This document shows positions 45,281 to 55,401 of a DNA stretch of 64,000 bases, one piece after another. Under the pieces are notes generated by a model. That model was not told the origin of the DNA. It saw nothing but the letters and a program-made list of their open reading frames with translations, and made no database searches. Numbering within the stretch: position 1 is the first letter of the stretch; each line of letters starts with the position of its first letter. The translations under genes were made by a program, and so were the position numbers. Origin of the DNA: Chlamydiota bacterium. GTDB lineage: Bacteria > Chlamydiota > Chlamydiia > Chlamydiales > Rhabdochlamydiaceae. The DNA is taken from the NCBI GenBank assembly GCA_013288075.1, contig JABDCQ010000002.1:32447-96446 (forward strand), read 5' to 3'.

Positions 45281-45612
45281 CAACGATTTTTGCAAAGATT
45301 ATAGAAGGGAAGCTTCCTTCAAAAAAAGTTTTTGAAAACGAGCGTATTTTGGCGATCGAAGACATAATGCCTGTCGCTCCTGTGCATATTCTTATTATGC
45401 CTAAAAAAGAAATTGCTAACTTGCAAGCTATGACAAAAGAAGATTATTCCTTGGTTGTAGAAATTATCGAGGTAGCGCAAAAATTGGCAGAAGAATTAGA
45501 TATAACAGATGGATATAGGCTTCTAACTAATAGTGGTGCAGAAGCTGGGCAAACGGTGTTCCACCTTCACTTCCATCTCATCGGAGGCAGAAGACTCACC
45601 CATTTAGCTTAA
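45277..45612 (+). CDS. HIT-family (histidine triad) protein
   Basis: The start MTTIFAKIIEGKLPSKKVFENE overlaps the MYG1 stop (ATGA). The histidine triad is HLHFHLIGG. Confidence 0.8.
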   Translation: MTTIFAKIIEGKLPSKKVFENERILAIEDIMPVAPVHILIMPKKEIANLQAMTKEDYSLVVEIIEVAQKLAEELDITDGYRLLTNSGAEAGQTVFHLHFHLIGGRRLTHLA

Positions 45613-45618
45613 GATCCA

Positions 45619-45924
45619 CTAAGTCTATTTAGGCCTTTATTGACGCAAAGACGCAAAGGCGCAAAGGAAGAAGTCGCAAAGATGAATACAAAAAGGTTTT
45701 TAAGAATGCTTTTGCATTCTTAAAAATCTTTTTGTATTCACTGTTATATTTAAAGGGGAATCAGAGAAATTGCTCAAACATGTTACTTCATAAGAGATTG
45801 TTTTTCTCTGAATTTCCTTAAAACAATAGTTAAACATCTAGGGCCAAAGCCCTAGATGTTTGACCTTTGCGCTTTTCTTCGCGCCTTTGCGCCTTTGCGT
45901 CAATAAAAGCCTAAATAGACTTAG
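45619..45924. repeat. ~306-bp MITE-like element with terminal inverted repeats, copy 1
   Basis: Termini CTAAGTCTATTTAGGCCTTTATTGACGCAAAGACGCAAAGGCGCAAAGG and CCTTTGCGCCTTTGCGTCAATAAAAGCCTAAATAGACTTAG. Internal hairpins TTTTTAAGAATGC..GCATTCTTAAAAA and AAACATCTAGGGCC..GGCCCTAGATGTTT. No ORF. Confidence 0.8.
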
Positions 45925-45946
45925 GTTTTGCATTGAGAGTAACAAG

Positions 45947-47683
45947 GTGTATAAAGTGTTTAAGAGATTTATCATTTCCTTGACTGCGTGTTCTTCCTGT
46001 TTGTTTTCTGAAGATCTTACTTCTAAGATTTATACGCATCTTTTTATTCATGATACGCCGTCCGCTATTCTAGAGGCTAAAAACTTACTTAAAATCCACC
46101 CTGATTCTAAAGAGTTGCAATTTGCTCTTATCCGCGCTCTTTCTGAAAGAGGGGAAGATGTAGAGGCTATAAAAGTTTGGAAGAAAGTATCTAATGAAGA
46201 ATTAGATTCTAAACAAAAGCGGAATCTTTTAGAGATTTTGGGATGGGGCGTTCTTAAAAAGAGTGAGGACTCGTCCTTGCAGTTTGTGCGGTTAACCTCT
46301 CTTATAGGAGCGGCTCTTACACGCGATGCTAAGGCTATTCCTGTGCTTTTAAGGCATTTAAGGGGCACAAATGCCCTATTTCGCGCTGTTGCTGTAAATT
46401 TGGCAGCAAACTATGGAGACGCGCCTTTACAAGAAGAGCTTTTACGTTTGCTTAAAGAAGAAAAGGTTTGGTATGTGCGTTTAGAAGTGATTAAGGCTTC
46501 TGGAAGAGCTCCTTCTGTAGCCGTTAGAGCTGTTCTTAAAGAGATAATAGCTAATCCCAAAACTCTTGCAGAAGAAAAAAGCGCTGCTTTAATTGCCTTA
46601 GTAAGTATGTACGATTCTGTGGATGAAGAAGAGCTTAAAACCCTTGTAAAAAGTAACAGAGCGGGTTTAAGACAGCTTGGTTGCGAAGTTGTTTCTGCTT
46701 TAGAGCTTAAAGATAAGGTAGGCTATGTGATTCCCCTGCTTCAGGATGCAAGCCCGGATGTGAGAATTTCTGCGCTCAGTGTGCTGGCTTTAATGCGCCT
46801 TGATTCTTACAAAGGGAAAAAGGTAACAGCTCTTATAGAAAATAATCTCCATGACACAAATCCGGCAGTCGCCCTAACAGCTGCTTACCTATGTCTTATC
46901 CTTAAGGCTGAAAAAGGGGAGCTGGTTTTTAGAAAGTGGATAGAAGATCCTCGCGAAGAAAATAGACGCCTTGCATCAGGCGCTCTTGCAAAAACAGGCG
47001 TATTTGGAGCAAAGCTTGCTAAAGAATTTCTCCTTAAGGGAAAAGATTCTTATGTGCGGGTGAATTTAGCTCTTGGCCTTATTGGAATAAGAGAGAATGT
47101 AAATGAAGCGTGCGGCGTGCTTTATGCCGCTTTAATTAGCGAAAAAGAGACGAAGTGGATGTGGGAGCATGAACACCATTTTCTTTTCCGCTCTCTTGCT
47201 CCGAGTAAAGTGGGTTTTATAGAGCAAGTTCCTAATTATCCAGCTCTTGTCGATCAGCTTACAAGGCTTGAGCTTCTCTCTCTTTTAAGTGTGATGCGCC
47301 ATCCTAAAGCTCTAGATGCTGTCAAAGACTTTTTAAAGCACACCTCATGGGGGGTATCTGGGGCTGCTGCAGTGACCCTTTTACAAGAGGGTGATGAAAA
47401 TGCGTTTCTTGCAGTGCAAGACCTTCTTGATGACCCCGATGAAAAGCTCCGTATTCAGGCGGCTCTTATTTTGGCCATGATTGGAAGCGATCCTCGCGCT
47501 GTGGGCGTTTTACAAGAAGCCTATACCCATGTGGATAGAGACATGAAAATTCATATTTTAGAGGCTATTGCCCGGATTGGCGCTCCTGAGTCTATTCCCT
47601 TTCTTGTAAATATCTTGGAAGAACCATTTCAGGTATTGCGCGTTGTTGCAGCTTCTGCTTTAATCCAGTGCTTATACCATTAG
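45947..47683 (+). CDS. HEAT-repeat protein, probably a lipoprotein
   Basis: There are many helical repeats with VR..A...L periodicity. The N-terminal KRFIISLTAC is a lipobox (L-T-A-C). The track ATG at 45860 lies inside the repeat element. The GTG at 45947 is my guess and the start is uncertain. Confidence 0.6.
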   Translation: MYKVFKRFIISLTACSSCLFSEDLTSKIYTHLFIHDTPSAILEAKNLLKIHPDSKELQFALIRALSERGEDVEAIKVWKKVSNEELDSKQKRNLLEILGWGVLKKSEDSSLQFVRLTSLIGAALTRDAKAIPVLLRHLRGTNALFRAVAVNLAANYGDAPLQEELLRLLKEEKVWYVRLEVIKASGRAPSVAVRAVLKEIIANPKTLAEEKSAALIALVSMYDSVDEEELKTLVKSNRAGLRQLGCEVVSALELKDKVGYVIPLLQDASPDVRISALSVLALMRLDSYKGKKVTALIENNLHDTNPAVALTAAYLCLILKAEKGELVFRKWIEDPREENRRLASGALAKTGVFGAKLAKEFLLKGKDSYVRVNLALGLIGIRENVNEACGVLYAALISEKETKWMWEHEHHFLFRSLAPSKVGFIEQVPNYPALVDQLTRLELLSLLSVMRHPKALDAVKDFLKHTSWGVSGAAAVTLLQEGDENAFLAVQDLLDDPDEKLRIQAALILAMIGSDPRAVGVLQEAYTHVDRDMKIHILEAIARIGAPESIPFLVNILEEPFQVLRVVAASALIQCLYH

Positions 47684-47692
47684 GAAAATAAA

Positions 47693-48883
47693 ATGGACCT
47701 TTTGAAGAAAATAGAGGGTGTTAAAAAGCATTTAGCCGAAGAGAAAATAGATGGCTGGCTCATTTACGATTTTCAGGGAATGAATCCCCTTGCAAGAGAT
47801 TTTCTTGAGATCTCTTCTGATGCGCATATTACACGCAGATACTTCTATTGGATTCCGAAGGAAGGCAGCCCCATAAAAATTGTCCCTTTTATCGAAAGCC
47901 ATATTTTAGATCATTTGCCAGGAGAGAAAAAAGTTTTTCTAGAATGGGAAGTGTTACATGCTGCTTTAAAAGAAGTCCTTCAAGGGAAAAAAGTTGTTGC
48001 GATGGAGTACTCTTCTAAGTGCGCGCTTCCTTATGTTTCTAAGGTAGATGCCGGAACAATTGATCTTGTAAGAGAGTGCGGAGTCGAAGTTGTAAGTTCA
48101 GCCTCCTTTTTGCAGCACTATAGCTGCGTATGGGATGATTTCATGCTTAAAAGCCACGAGCTTGCGGCTAAAGTTTTAGAAGATGCAGTAGATGCCACCT
48201 GGAGCCATATCGCAGCCTGCTTAAAGGAAAACATCTCCATTACGGAATACGAAGTTAGCCAATTTATTCTTGGGCAGATCCATAAAGCCGGTTGCATCAT
48301 GGACGGCGAGCCTATTTGCGCTTTTAATGAAAATAGCGCAAACCCTCACTATGGCCCTTCAAAAGAAGGCTCAAAAGTTCTTCAGAAAGGGGACCTGATC
48401 TTAATTGATCTTTGGTGTAAGAAAAAGGAAGAGAGAAGTGTCTATGCAGATATCACGCGCATAGCAGTAGCTGGTAAAAAACTTCCCGAAGAAATAGCTA
48501 AGGTATTTAAGATTGTTAGACTTGCCCAGAAAACAGCAACCGATTTCATCCAAGAAAAGTTGGATAAAAAACAAATAGTGAAGGGCTTTGAAGCAGATAG
48601 AGCGTGCAGAAAAGTCATAGAAGACGCCGGCTTTGGCAAATACTTTACCCATAGAACAGGGCATAACATCCACATCAATGCGCACGGCCCAGGAGCGCAT
48701 CTAGATAGCCTAGAAACACTCGATGATCGCCCTCTTATTGCCAAGACATGCTTCTCTATAGAGCCAGGCATTTACTTGCCCGGCAAATTTGGCATAAGAC
48801 TTGAGTACGATGTGTATATTAAAGAAGATGGCAAGCTTGTCATTACAGGCGGCATCCAAGAAGAGGCCGCCACCTTGGCTTAG
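47693..48883 (+). CDS. M24-family metallopeptidase (Xaa-Pro aminopeptidase/dipeptidase-like)
   Basis: DLWCKK...YADITR, HRTGHNIH, SIEPGIY and RLEYDV are the pita-bread-fold metal ligands. Confidence 0.8.
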   Translation: MDLLKKIEGVKKHLAEEKIDGWLIYDFQGMNPLARDFLEISSDAHITRRYFYWIPKEGSPIKIVPFIESHILDHLPGEKKVFLEWEVLHAALKEVLQGKKVVAMEYSSKCALPYVSKVDAGTIDLVRECGVEVVSSASFLQHYSCVWDDFMLKSHELAAKVLEDAVDATWSHIAACLKENISITEYEVSQFILGQIHKAGCIMDGEPICAFNENSANPHYGPSKEGSKVLQKGDLILIDLWCKKKEERSVYADITRIAVAGKKLPEEIAKVFKIVRLAQKTATDFIQEKLDKKQIVKGFEADRACRKVIEDAGFGKYFTHRTGHNIHINAHGPGAHLDSLETLDDRPLIAKTCFSIEPGIYLPGKFGIRLEYDVYIKEDGKLVITGGIQEEAATLA

Positions 48884-49795
48884 TTAGCTAGCAGGTGCAA
48901 TGTGTGTATTGGAAACCATGAGCTTTGCTAGGGCATAAACATCAGAACCTATGCCATCCCACGTCAAATGTCTTCCATTCAAAAATACTATTCCTCTATT
49001 GGCTATATCTTTTTCGACCATTTCATCTTGTAGTTCACTCTTAAGTTGAACTAGGCCGCGCATCTCATTTCTTGTTTTTGGGTCATAATCTTTGAAAGAA
49101 CGTTTGCATATTTCTTCAGGTTTTTGGATTATGCCAGAGTTCTGGAGAATAGTCTGAAAATACGCTGCATTAATTATTGCTTCTACACCTTTATCTTTTA
49201 GTTCTAAAGTTTTTGTACGGTTCTCCGAAACGAATTGTTCGACAGTTTTAGGCTCGAGATCTTTCGGTTCTTGTTTATTTATTTCATCGATTTTGTCTTT
49301 ATGCTCAGAATGGCGGTTAATATAAAACGAGCGGTAAGCTAAACAAGCGATTTGGTTTATTTCATCGATTTTTCGCTCTTCATCGGAAAGCTGATTCCAA
49401 TGGGTAATGTTTTTATTCCCTGCAGGAGCAGAAGGAGAGTGGAATGCTATAAAGTTATTGTAGATTTCTAGGGCGCCTTTTTCGACTTCAGCAATCTCTC
49501 GGTATTTGTTGCGCTCGGCTCCAATCTTTTTGACGAGTTTTGAGCCTCCTACCATGCTTGCAATAAGAGTTGTAGGGACAACAAAGATAAGAAGGTGTGT
49601 TTGTCCAAGAAGGCCAAGGGTGACGTTTATTGCAACAGCAACAGCGATAATCCCAATAATTGCTACAGCATAAAGGATTTTATAACGTGTTTCTTTGGTG
49701 CTTGCTACTTTGTAGCGGCTTTCAATAGTTTCAGTATTAGTCGGATCTAAATAAGTATTTATAGGTTGTTGTGATGTAATTGGATTGCTACTCAT
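48884..49795 (-). CDS. Membrane protein with an Inc-like bilobed hydrophobic domain
   Basis: ILYAVAIIGIIAVAVAINVTLGLLGQTHLLIFVVPTTLIASMVGG is a ~45-residue two-lobed hydrophobic block near the N-terminus. The remainder is hydrophilic. Confidence 0.5.
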   Translation of the reverse strand: MSSNPITSQQPINTYLDPTNTETIESRYKVASTKETRYKILYAVAIIGIIAVAVAINVTLGLLGQTHLLIFVVPTTLIASMVGGSKLVKKIGAERNKYREIAEVEKGALEIYNNFIAFHSPSAPAGNKNITHWNQLSDEERKIDEINQIACLAYRSFYINRHSEHKDKIDEINKQEPKDLEPKTVEQFVSENRTKTLELKDKGVEAIINAAYFQTILQNSGIIQKPEEICKRSFKDYDPKTRNEMRGLVQLKSELQDEMVEKDIANRGIVFLNGRHLTWDGIGSDVYALAKLMVSNTHIAPAS

Positions 49796-49951
49796 AAAAG
49801 CCTCCTAGCTTATATTTTGCCCGGCATTATACATGCAATCGATTAAGAATTAATTAATTTTCACATCAAAATAAAGAATGATGCATTTGATGCATATTCT
49901 AATTTTTCCTTTGCGAGTTTTTATCAGCCTCATAGAGGCGTACGCATTAAC

Positions 49952-50266
49952 CTAACTCTATTGTGGCCTTTATTGACGCAAAGGCGCAAAGGCGCGAAGA
50001 AAGCGCAAAGGTAAAACAGCTAGGGCTTTGGCCCTAGCTGTTTTACTATTGTTTTAAGGAAATTCAGAGGGGAGCAATCTCTAGTGAGGTAACATGTGAT
50101 GATAATTTCTTTGATCCCCTTTAAATACAATAGTGAACACAAAGAATGAAGATTTTTAAGAATGTAAAACATTCTTAAAAATCTTCATTCTTTGTGTTCA
50201 CCTTTGCGACTTCTTCCTTTGCTCCTTTGCGTCTTTGCGTCAATAAAAGCTACGATAGATGAAGAA
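49952..50266. repeat. ~306-bp MITE-like TIR element, copy 2 (inverted relative to copy 1)
   Basis: It has the same termini (GGCCTTTATTGACGCAAAGGCGCAAAGG ... CCTTTGCGTCTTTGCGTCAATAAAAGC) and internal hairpins, arranged as the reverse complement of 45619-45924. Confidence 0.8.
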
Positions 50267-50275
50267 AAAGAGGTC

Positions 50276-50734
50276 TTAGGGTGAGGGGTGAGAGGAGGCG
50301 ACGAGGTGTTTAAGGGCTTCTTGCTTCATGCGGAGGTACATGGAGGAGAGGCCGTTGGAGCGGCCGGGGGTGAGAGAGGCATGGATGCCAAGGTCTTGCA
50401 GATAAGTTGCAGGAACCTTCAGGATAGCCTCTGGGGACTCTTCGTTATAGACGTATAGCAAAAGAGCTGCGAGGCCAGCCGAAATAAGGGCCTCAGAGCA
50501 CGCTGTGAACGTGATTTTGCCATTTTCTATAGAGCTATGCAAGTACATGGTGCTTTGGCATCCTTGCACAATATTTCCTTCTACCTTATAGGCAGGATCA
50601 AAAGGGGCTAAAGCTTTGCCAAGCTCGATGATTTTTTGATATCTGGCATCTGGCGAAGTGCAAGCTAAAAAAAGAATTTTTAATTCCTCTTGTTTTTGCA
50701 AGCAGGAGGTAAATAATGTGTCCATAGGCTCCAA
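50276..50734 (-). CDS. sufE: SufE-like sulfur-acceptor protein
   Basis: About 150 aa. RYQKIIELGKALAPF and VQGCQSTMYLH carry the conserved Cys motif of the SufE/CsdE family. Confidence 0.65.
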   Translation of the reverse strand: MEPMDTLFTSCLQKQEELKILFLACTSPDARYQKIIELGKALAPFDPAYKVEGNIVQGCQSTMYLHSSIENGKITFTACSEALISAGLAALLLYVYNEESPEAILKVPATYLQDLGIHASLTPGRSNGLSSMYLRMKQEALKHLVASSHPSP

Positions 50735-50810
50735 TTATAAGGGCTAGCTAAGCGATTCGTCAAGCGTTACCTCTTTTTTACGGGTTTTTTCTGGTTTTAA
50801 TTGACAATAA

Positions 50811-50841
50811 AGCTTGCCGCGTGTTTATATTCTTTATATTT
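50811..50841 (+). promoter_or_regulatory. Candidate sigma-70-type promoter of infA
   Basis: TTGACA at 50811-50816, followed 17-19 nt later by TTTATA/TATATT (50834-50841), about 30 nt upstream of the infA ATG. Confidence 0.3.
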
Positions 50842-50870
50842 TAACTTGATTACCAAAGTAGCACATCCTT

Positions 50871-51089
50871 ATGCCTAAGGAAGATACCATAAAAATTGAT
50901 GGGAAGATTGAAGAACTACTTCCTAACATGCATTTTAGAGTAGTTCTTGAAAATGGGATGCACGTGATTGCGCATCTTTGCGGAAAAATGCGTATGCGAA
51001 ATATACGTGTTCTTGTGGGAGATACTGTGACCGTAGAAATGTCTCCTTACGATCTGACTAAAGCACGAATCATCTACCGTCAGAAATAA
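50871..51089 (+). CDS. infA: Translation initiation factor IF-1
   Basis: 72 aa. [68 protein letters not shown] is a canonical IF-1 S1-like fold sequence. Confidence 0.92.
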   Translation: MPKEDTIKIDGKIEELLPNMHFRVVLENGMHVIAHLCGKMRMRNIRVLVGDTVTVEMSPYDLTKARIIYRQK

Positions 51090-51174
51090 CTTTTTTCTGA
51101 AGTGAAAGCTTTGGTGTTGATTTTTTTTAGATTACAGAATAAGCTTTAGTGCTTTTGCGGAATATTGTGATTTC

Positions 51175-51246
51175 GCCCAGATAGCTCAGTGGTAGAGCAC
51201 TTGCATGGTAAGCAAGGGGTCGTAGGTTCGATTCCTATTTTGGGCA
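51175..51246 (+). tRNA. tRNA-Thr (anticodon GGT)
   Basis: GCCCAGA-TA-GCTC-AGTGGTA-GAGC-A-CTTGC-ATGGTAA-GCAAG-GGGTC-GTAGG-TTCGATT-CCTAT-TTTGGGC-A. It lies immediately upstream of tuf. Confidence 0.9.
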
Positions 51247-51311
51247 AAAAGATCAAGTTACTAAAATTTTATAGTTCATTTTTAAACATACCGACTTAGC
51301 GGAGGAATATC

Positions 51312-52496
51312 ATGGCAAAAGAAACCTTTCAAAGGAATAAGCCACACGTAAATATTGGAACCATTGGTCACGTTGACCACGGCAAAACATCTTTAACAGC
51401 TGCGATTACAAAAGTTTTGGCAACAAAAGGTGGAGCAAAGTTCCGTGACTATGCATCAATCGACAATACACCAGAAGAAAAAGCTCGTGGTATTACGATT
51501 AACTCAACACACGTAGAATACGAAACAGCTGCACGTCACTATGCGCACGTCGACTGCCCTGGACACGCTGACTACATTAAAAACATGATTACTGGTGCTG
51601 CACAAATGGACGGAGCAATCCTCGTTGTAGCTGCAACAGATGGTGCTATGCCTCAAACAAAAGAACACATCCTCCTAGCGCGCCAAGTGGGTGTTCCAGC
51701 TATTGTTGTGTTCCTAAACAAAATGGACATGATCGGCAAGGGCGACGAAGACCTCGTTGAGCTTGTTGAAGTAGAACTTCAAGAACTTCTAGAAGCTAAA
51801 GGTTACAAAGATGTACCTATTATCCGCGGTTCTGCATTGAAAGCTCTTGAAGGCGATCCAGAGTATACTAAGGCTATTGAAAAACTTATGCAAACAGTGG
51901 ATGAAAAGATCCCTACTCCTGCACGTGAAGTTGACAAGCCTTTCTTAATGCCTATCGAAGACGTATTCTCTATTTCTGGCCGCGGTACTGTATGTACAGG
52001 ACGTGTTGAAAGAGGGATTGTAAAAGTTAACGATAAGCTTCAGCTTATTGGAATTAGAGAAACACGTGAAACTGTTGCTACAGGTCTTGAGATGTTTAAT
52101 AAACTTCTCGACGAAGCAAGAGCTGGTGAGAACGTAGGAATTCTGCTTAGAGGTCTTGAGAAAAAAGATATCGAGCGTGGAATGATCCTATGCGCACCAA
52201 ACACATGTAAACCTCACACAAAGTTCATGGGAACTATTTACGTTCTCAATAAAGAAGAAGGTGGTCGTCATAAGCCATTCTTTAGCGGATACCGTCCTCA
52301 GTTCTATTTCAGAACAACAGACGTAACGGGAACTGTGACTTTACCTGAAGGCGTAGAGATGATTATGCCAGGTGATAACGTTGAGCTTATAGCTGAACTT
52401 ATCCACCCGATTGCTATGGAAGAAGGCATGAGATTTGCTATCCGTGAGGGCGGCAAAACAATTGGTGCTGGAACTGTTTCTAAGATCTTACAATAA
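51312..52496 (+). CDS. tuf: Elongation factor Tu
   Basis: [13 protein letters not shown] and NKMD GTPase motifs. The full-length 394 aa closely resemble chlamydial EF-Tu as I recall it. Confidence 0.97.
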   Translation: MAKETFQRNKPHVNIGTIGHVDHGKTSLTAAITKVLATKGGAKFRDYASIDNTPEEKARGITINSTHVEYETAARHYAHVDCPGHADYIKNMITGAAQMDGAILVVAATDGAMPQTKEHILLARQVGVPAIVVFLNKMDMIGKGDEDLVELVEVELQELLEAKGYKDVPIIRGSALKALEGDPEYTKAIEKLMQTVDEKIPTPAREVDKPFLMPIEDVFSISGRGTVCTGRVERGIVKVNDKLQLIGIRETRETVATGLEMFNKLLDEARAGENVGILLRGLEKKDIERGMILCAPNTCKPHTKFMGTIYVLNKEEGGRHKPFFSGYRPQFYFRTTDVTGTVTLPEGVEMIMPGDNVELIAELIHPIAMEEGMRFAIREGGKTIGAGTVSKILQ

Positions 52497-52609
52497 GGTC
52501 TACTTTTAAGAATAGCGGTCTCACAAGGGCTGCTATTCTTAAATATACACGGTGAATAGTAAATAGCGAGTAAGTTACTTGCTCATTATTTAGTATTCAT
52601 GGTTCGTGC

Positions 52610-52682
52610 GGGTGAGTAGCTCAGCTGGTAGAGCAGCGATCTCCAAAGTCGCTGGTCGGGGGTTCGAATCCCTCCTCACTCG
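52610..52682 (+). tRNA. tRNA-Trp (anticodon CCA)
   Basis: GGGTGAG-TA-GCTC-AGCTGGTA-GAGC-A-GCGAT-CTCCAAA-GTCGC-TGGTC-GGGGG-TTCGAAT-CCCTC-CTCACTC-G. Confidence 0.9.
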
Positions 52683-52749
52683 TATATGCTTAATTAAAAT
52701 AGTGAAGTTGAAAAGTGAAGTTGAAACAGGGGCGTTAGGCGTGACAATA

Positions 52750-53001
52750 ATGGAATCGAAGGAAAAACCTATTATAAACATTGAAGGTTCCTCGCGTAGA
52801 GAACCTAAAGTGAGCTTTTTTAGCGGAATCAAGGAAGAACTTAAAAAAATTTCTTGGACAACTAAGGCAGAGCTTTTCTTTTTTACTAAGGTTGTTGTGA
52901 TCGCCACTTTCGCTTTTGGAATGGGAATTTACATGATAGACCTTATCGTCAAGGGTGGACTTGAGGCTACAGGTTACATTGTTCATCTGATTTTCGGATA
53001 A
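52750..53001 (+). CDS. secE: Preprotein translocase subunit SecE
   Basis: Position between tRNA-Trp and nusG. FFSGIKEELKKISWTTKAEL is followed by a single TM segment. The upstream part of the track ORF overlaps the tRNA and is discarded. Confidence 0.8.
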   Translation: MESKEKPIINIEGSSRREPKVSFFSGIKEELKKISWTTKAELFFFTKVVVIATFAFGMGIYMIDLIVKGGLEATGYIVHLIFG

Positions 53002-53024
53002 GTTAGTATATATAAGGGTTAAAC

Positions 53025-53573
53025 ATGCAAAAATGGTACGTAGTTCAGGTCATATCTAATCAGGAAAAAAAGGTTAAAAAAGCGCTTGAAGATAATCGCG
53101 AAGCTCAAGGGATGACCGAGCTTGTTGGAGAAGTTTTGGTTCCTACCGAAAATGTTGCCGAAGTAAAAGGCGGACAGCAAAAGGTGAGTGAGAAAAAACT
53201 TTGGCCCGGTTACATCTTAGTTAAACTTAATTTGACTGACGATTCTTGGATGTACATAAAAAATACAAATGGGATTATCGATTTTCTTGGAGGGCCTAAG
53301 CCTGAAGCTCTTTCTCAATCAGAAGTGGATGAAATCCTAAAAGATTTAGAAGAGAAGAAAAAAGGTGTTGTTCAGAAGCATAATATCACTGCCGGCGACA
53401 AAGTTAAAATTGTGGATGGTGTGTTTGTTAACTTTATCGGTACGGTCACAGAAGTATTCCACGATAAAGGGCGCCTTAGCGTTCTTGTATCGATCTTTGG
53501 TCGCGAAACAAGGGTGGATGATTTAGAGTTTTGGCAAGTGGAAGAAGCTCCCTTGGATGCAGACGGCTCTTAA
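53025..53573 (+). CDS. nusG: Transcription termination/antitermination factor NusG
   Basis: The WYVVQVISNQEKKV NGN domain start, and a C-terminal KOW (GDKVKIVDGVFVNFIGTVTEV). Confidence 0.92.
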   Translation: MQKWYVVQVISNQEKKVKKALEDNREAQGMTELVGEVLVPTENVAEVKGGQQKVSEKKLWPGYILVKLNLTDDSWMYIKNTNGIIDFLGGPKPEALSQSEVDEILKDLEEKKKGVVQKHNITAGDKVKIVDGVFVNFIGTVTEVFHDKGRLSVLVSIFGRETRVDDLEFWQVEEAPLDADGS

Positions 53574-53671
53574 AAAATAGCAATAAATGAAAATGATCTA
53601 GAAGAAAATGCCTAAATGTTTAATAATGTCGGCAGTTTTTCTAGACCAGCGTTAAAAAAATTGGATAGCAT

Positions 53672-54097
53672 ATGGCAAAAAAATTAATTAAAAAAATCAA
53701 GTTGCAAATCCCTGCCGGTAAGGCAAATCCAGCACCTCCAATTGGTCCAGCTCTTGGATCTGCAGGTGTGAACATTATGGGATTCTGTAAAGAATTTAAT
53801 GCGAAGACACAAGACAGAATAGGAGATATTCTTCCTGTTGAAATTTCTGTTTTCTCAGATAAAACCTTTACCTTTATTACAAAGCAACCTCCTGTATCTC
53901 GCTTAATTCTTAAGGAATTAGGTCTTGAATCAGGCTCAAAAGTTCCTAACAGAGATAAAGTAGGGAAACTTACTTTGGCTCAAGTGAAGAAAATAGCAAA
54001 ACAAAAAACTCCTGATATGAGAATTACTTCAGAAGAAGCTGGACTGCAGCTTGTTAAGGGTACAGCTCGTTCTATGGGTGTAGATATTGTTGACTAA
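53672..54097 (+). CDS. rplK: 50S ribosomal protein L11
   Basis: [34 protein letters not shown]. Confidence 0.95.
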   Translation: MAKKLIKKIKLQIPAGKANPAPPIGPALGSAGVNIMGFCKEFNAKTQDRIGDILPVEISVFSDKTFTFITKQPPVSRLILKELGLESGSKVPNRDKVGKLTLAQVKKIAKQKTPDMRITSEEAGLQLVKGTARSMGVDIVD

Positions 54098-54146
54098 CCC
54101 GCAAGGGGAGGCGAAAATTTTTTCGCCTTAATTATAAATGGAAGAT

Positions 54147-54845
54147 ATGGCGCAAAAAAGTAAGAGATTTCGGGAGATAGATAAAGTAGTGAATAGAGAA
54201 AAACTCTATACACTTCCTGAAGCTATCGAAGTTTTAAAGAAATGTCCGGCTGTTAAATTTGATCAGTCGGTCGATGTATCGCTCGTTACTGGCGTTGATA
54301 TCCGCAAATCAGACCAACAAGTACGTGGAACTGTGTCATTACCGAATGGTACAGGAAAAACTTGCGTAATTGTCGTTTTTGCAAGAGGGGACAAAGTGAA
54401 AGAAGCCCAAGATGCAGGAGCGGATATTGTTGGTAATGATGATTTATTTGAAAGAATAAAGGCGGGTTGGACCGATTTTGATGCGGTCATTTCAACACCG
54501 GATATGATGCGAGAAGTGGGAAAGTTGGGTAAAGTTCTAGGTCCTAGAGGTCTTATGCCAACTCCTAAAGCAGGCACAGTAACAGCAGATGTTGCAAAAG
54601 CAATCACTGAAGTTAGAGCCGGTAAAGTAGAGTTTAAATCAGATAAGAGCGGTGTTGTCAACAATATGGTTGGTAAACTCTCTTTTTCTCCTGAGAAATT
54701 AATGGAGAATATCCATTCGTTTTTAGCAGCTGTTTCCAGGGTTAAACCTGTTTCAGCTAAAGGGGTATATCTGAGGACTCTCGTATTATCCTCGACCATG
54801 GGTCCCGGATTAAAAATTGATCTTCATTCTGTATCTGAAATTTAA
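54147..54845 (+). CDS. rplA: 50S ribosomal protein L1
   Basis: FDQSVDVSL...[13 protein letters not shown]...[15 protein letters not shown]. The start at 54147 (MAQKSKR) is preferred over 54138. Confidence 0.93.
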   Translation: MAQKSKRFREIDKVVNREKLYTLPEAIEVLKKCPAVKFDQSVDVSLVTGVDIRKSDQQVRGTVSLPNGTGKTCVIVVFARGDKVKEAQDAGADIVGNDDLFERIKAGWTDFDAVISTPDMMREVGKLGKVLGPRGLMPTPKAGTVTADVAKAITEVRAGKVEFKSDKSGVVNNMVGKLSFSPEKLMENIHSFLAAVSRVKPVSAKGVYLRTLVLSSTMGPGLKIDLHSVSEI

Positions 54846-54856
54846 GGAGATTGCTG

Positions 54857-55372
54857 ATGAGACAAGAAAAGCAACTACTTTTGGATGAGATCAAAGACAA
54901 AATTGATCAGTCATCGGCGATGGTGTTAACCTGCTATAGCAACTTAACGCCAAACATGGCAGCTGATTTCAGAATGAAAGTGAGCAGCTCCGGCGGCATT
55001 TTCGAGGTAGTACGTAAGAGAATGCTTATTAAAGCAGCTCAAGCGTCTGGATTTGCTTTAGATCACAAGATGTTAGAAGGTCATATTGGCGTTATTTTTG
55101 CGCTAAGCGATCCTGTATCTGTGACAAAAGCTATTTATGACTACCGCCAAGGAAATCAAGAGGTGCTTAAAGTTTTAGGTGGAAGATTTGAAGGAAAAAT
55201 CTGCACTGCGAACGATATTGAGCAAATCTCTAAATTGCCATCAAAAGACGAAATGCGCGCGCAATTCCTAGGAACGCTCGAAGCACCTCTTTCTCAGACA
55301 CTTGCCGTGATGGAAGCACTGCTAACAAGCGTCATTTATTGCTTAGAAAACAAAGAACAACAAAACTCTTAA
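54857..55372 (+). CDS. rplJ: 50S ribosomal protein L10
   Basis: Position and size fit. LTPNMAADFRMKV...GGIFEVVRKRML pattern. ATG at 54857. Confidence 0.88.
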   Translation: MRQEKQLLLDEIKDKIDQSSAMVLTCYSNLTPNMAADFRMKVSSSGGIFEVVRKRMLIKAAQASGFALDHKMLEGHIGVIFALSDPVSVTKAIYDYRQGNQEVLKVLGGRFEGKICTANDIEQISKLPSKDEMRAQFLGTLEAPLSQTLAVMEALLTSVIYCLENKEQQNS

Positions 55373-55401
55373 CATTATAACATTATCATAGAGGTAATCC
55401 C

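Noticed and set aside
52606-52749. N-terminal 48 codons of the track ORF 52606-53001
   Set aside because: This part overlaps tRNA-Trp (52610-52682). SecE homology begins only at the ATG at 52750.
53590-53660. Imperfect hairpin TCTAGAAGAAAATGCC...GGCAGTTTTTCTAGA between nusG and rplK, considered as an L11-operon leader or attenuator
   Set aside because: It is plausible by position, but the stem is imperfect. I cannot show similarity to the L1-binding leader structure by eye, so it is left unannotated.
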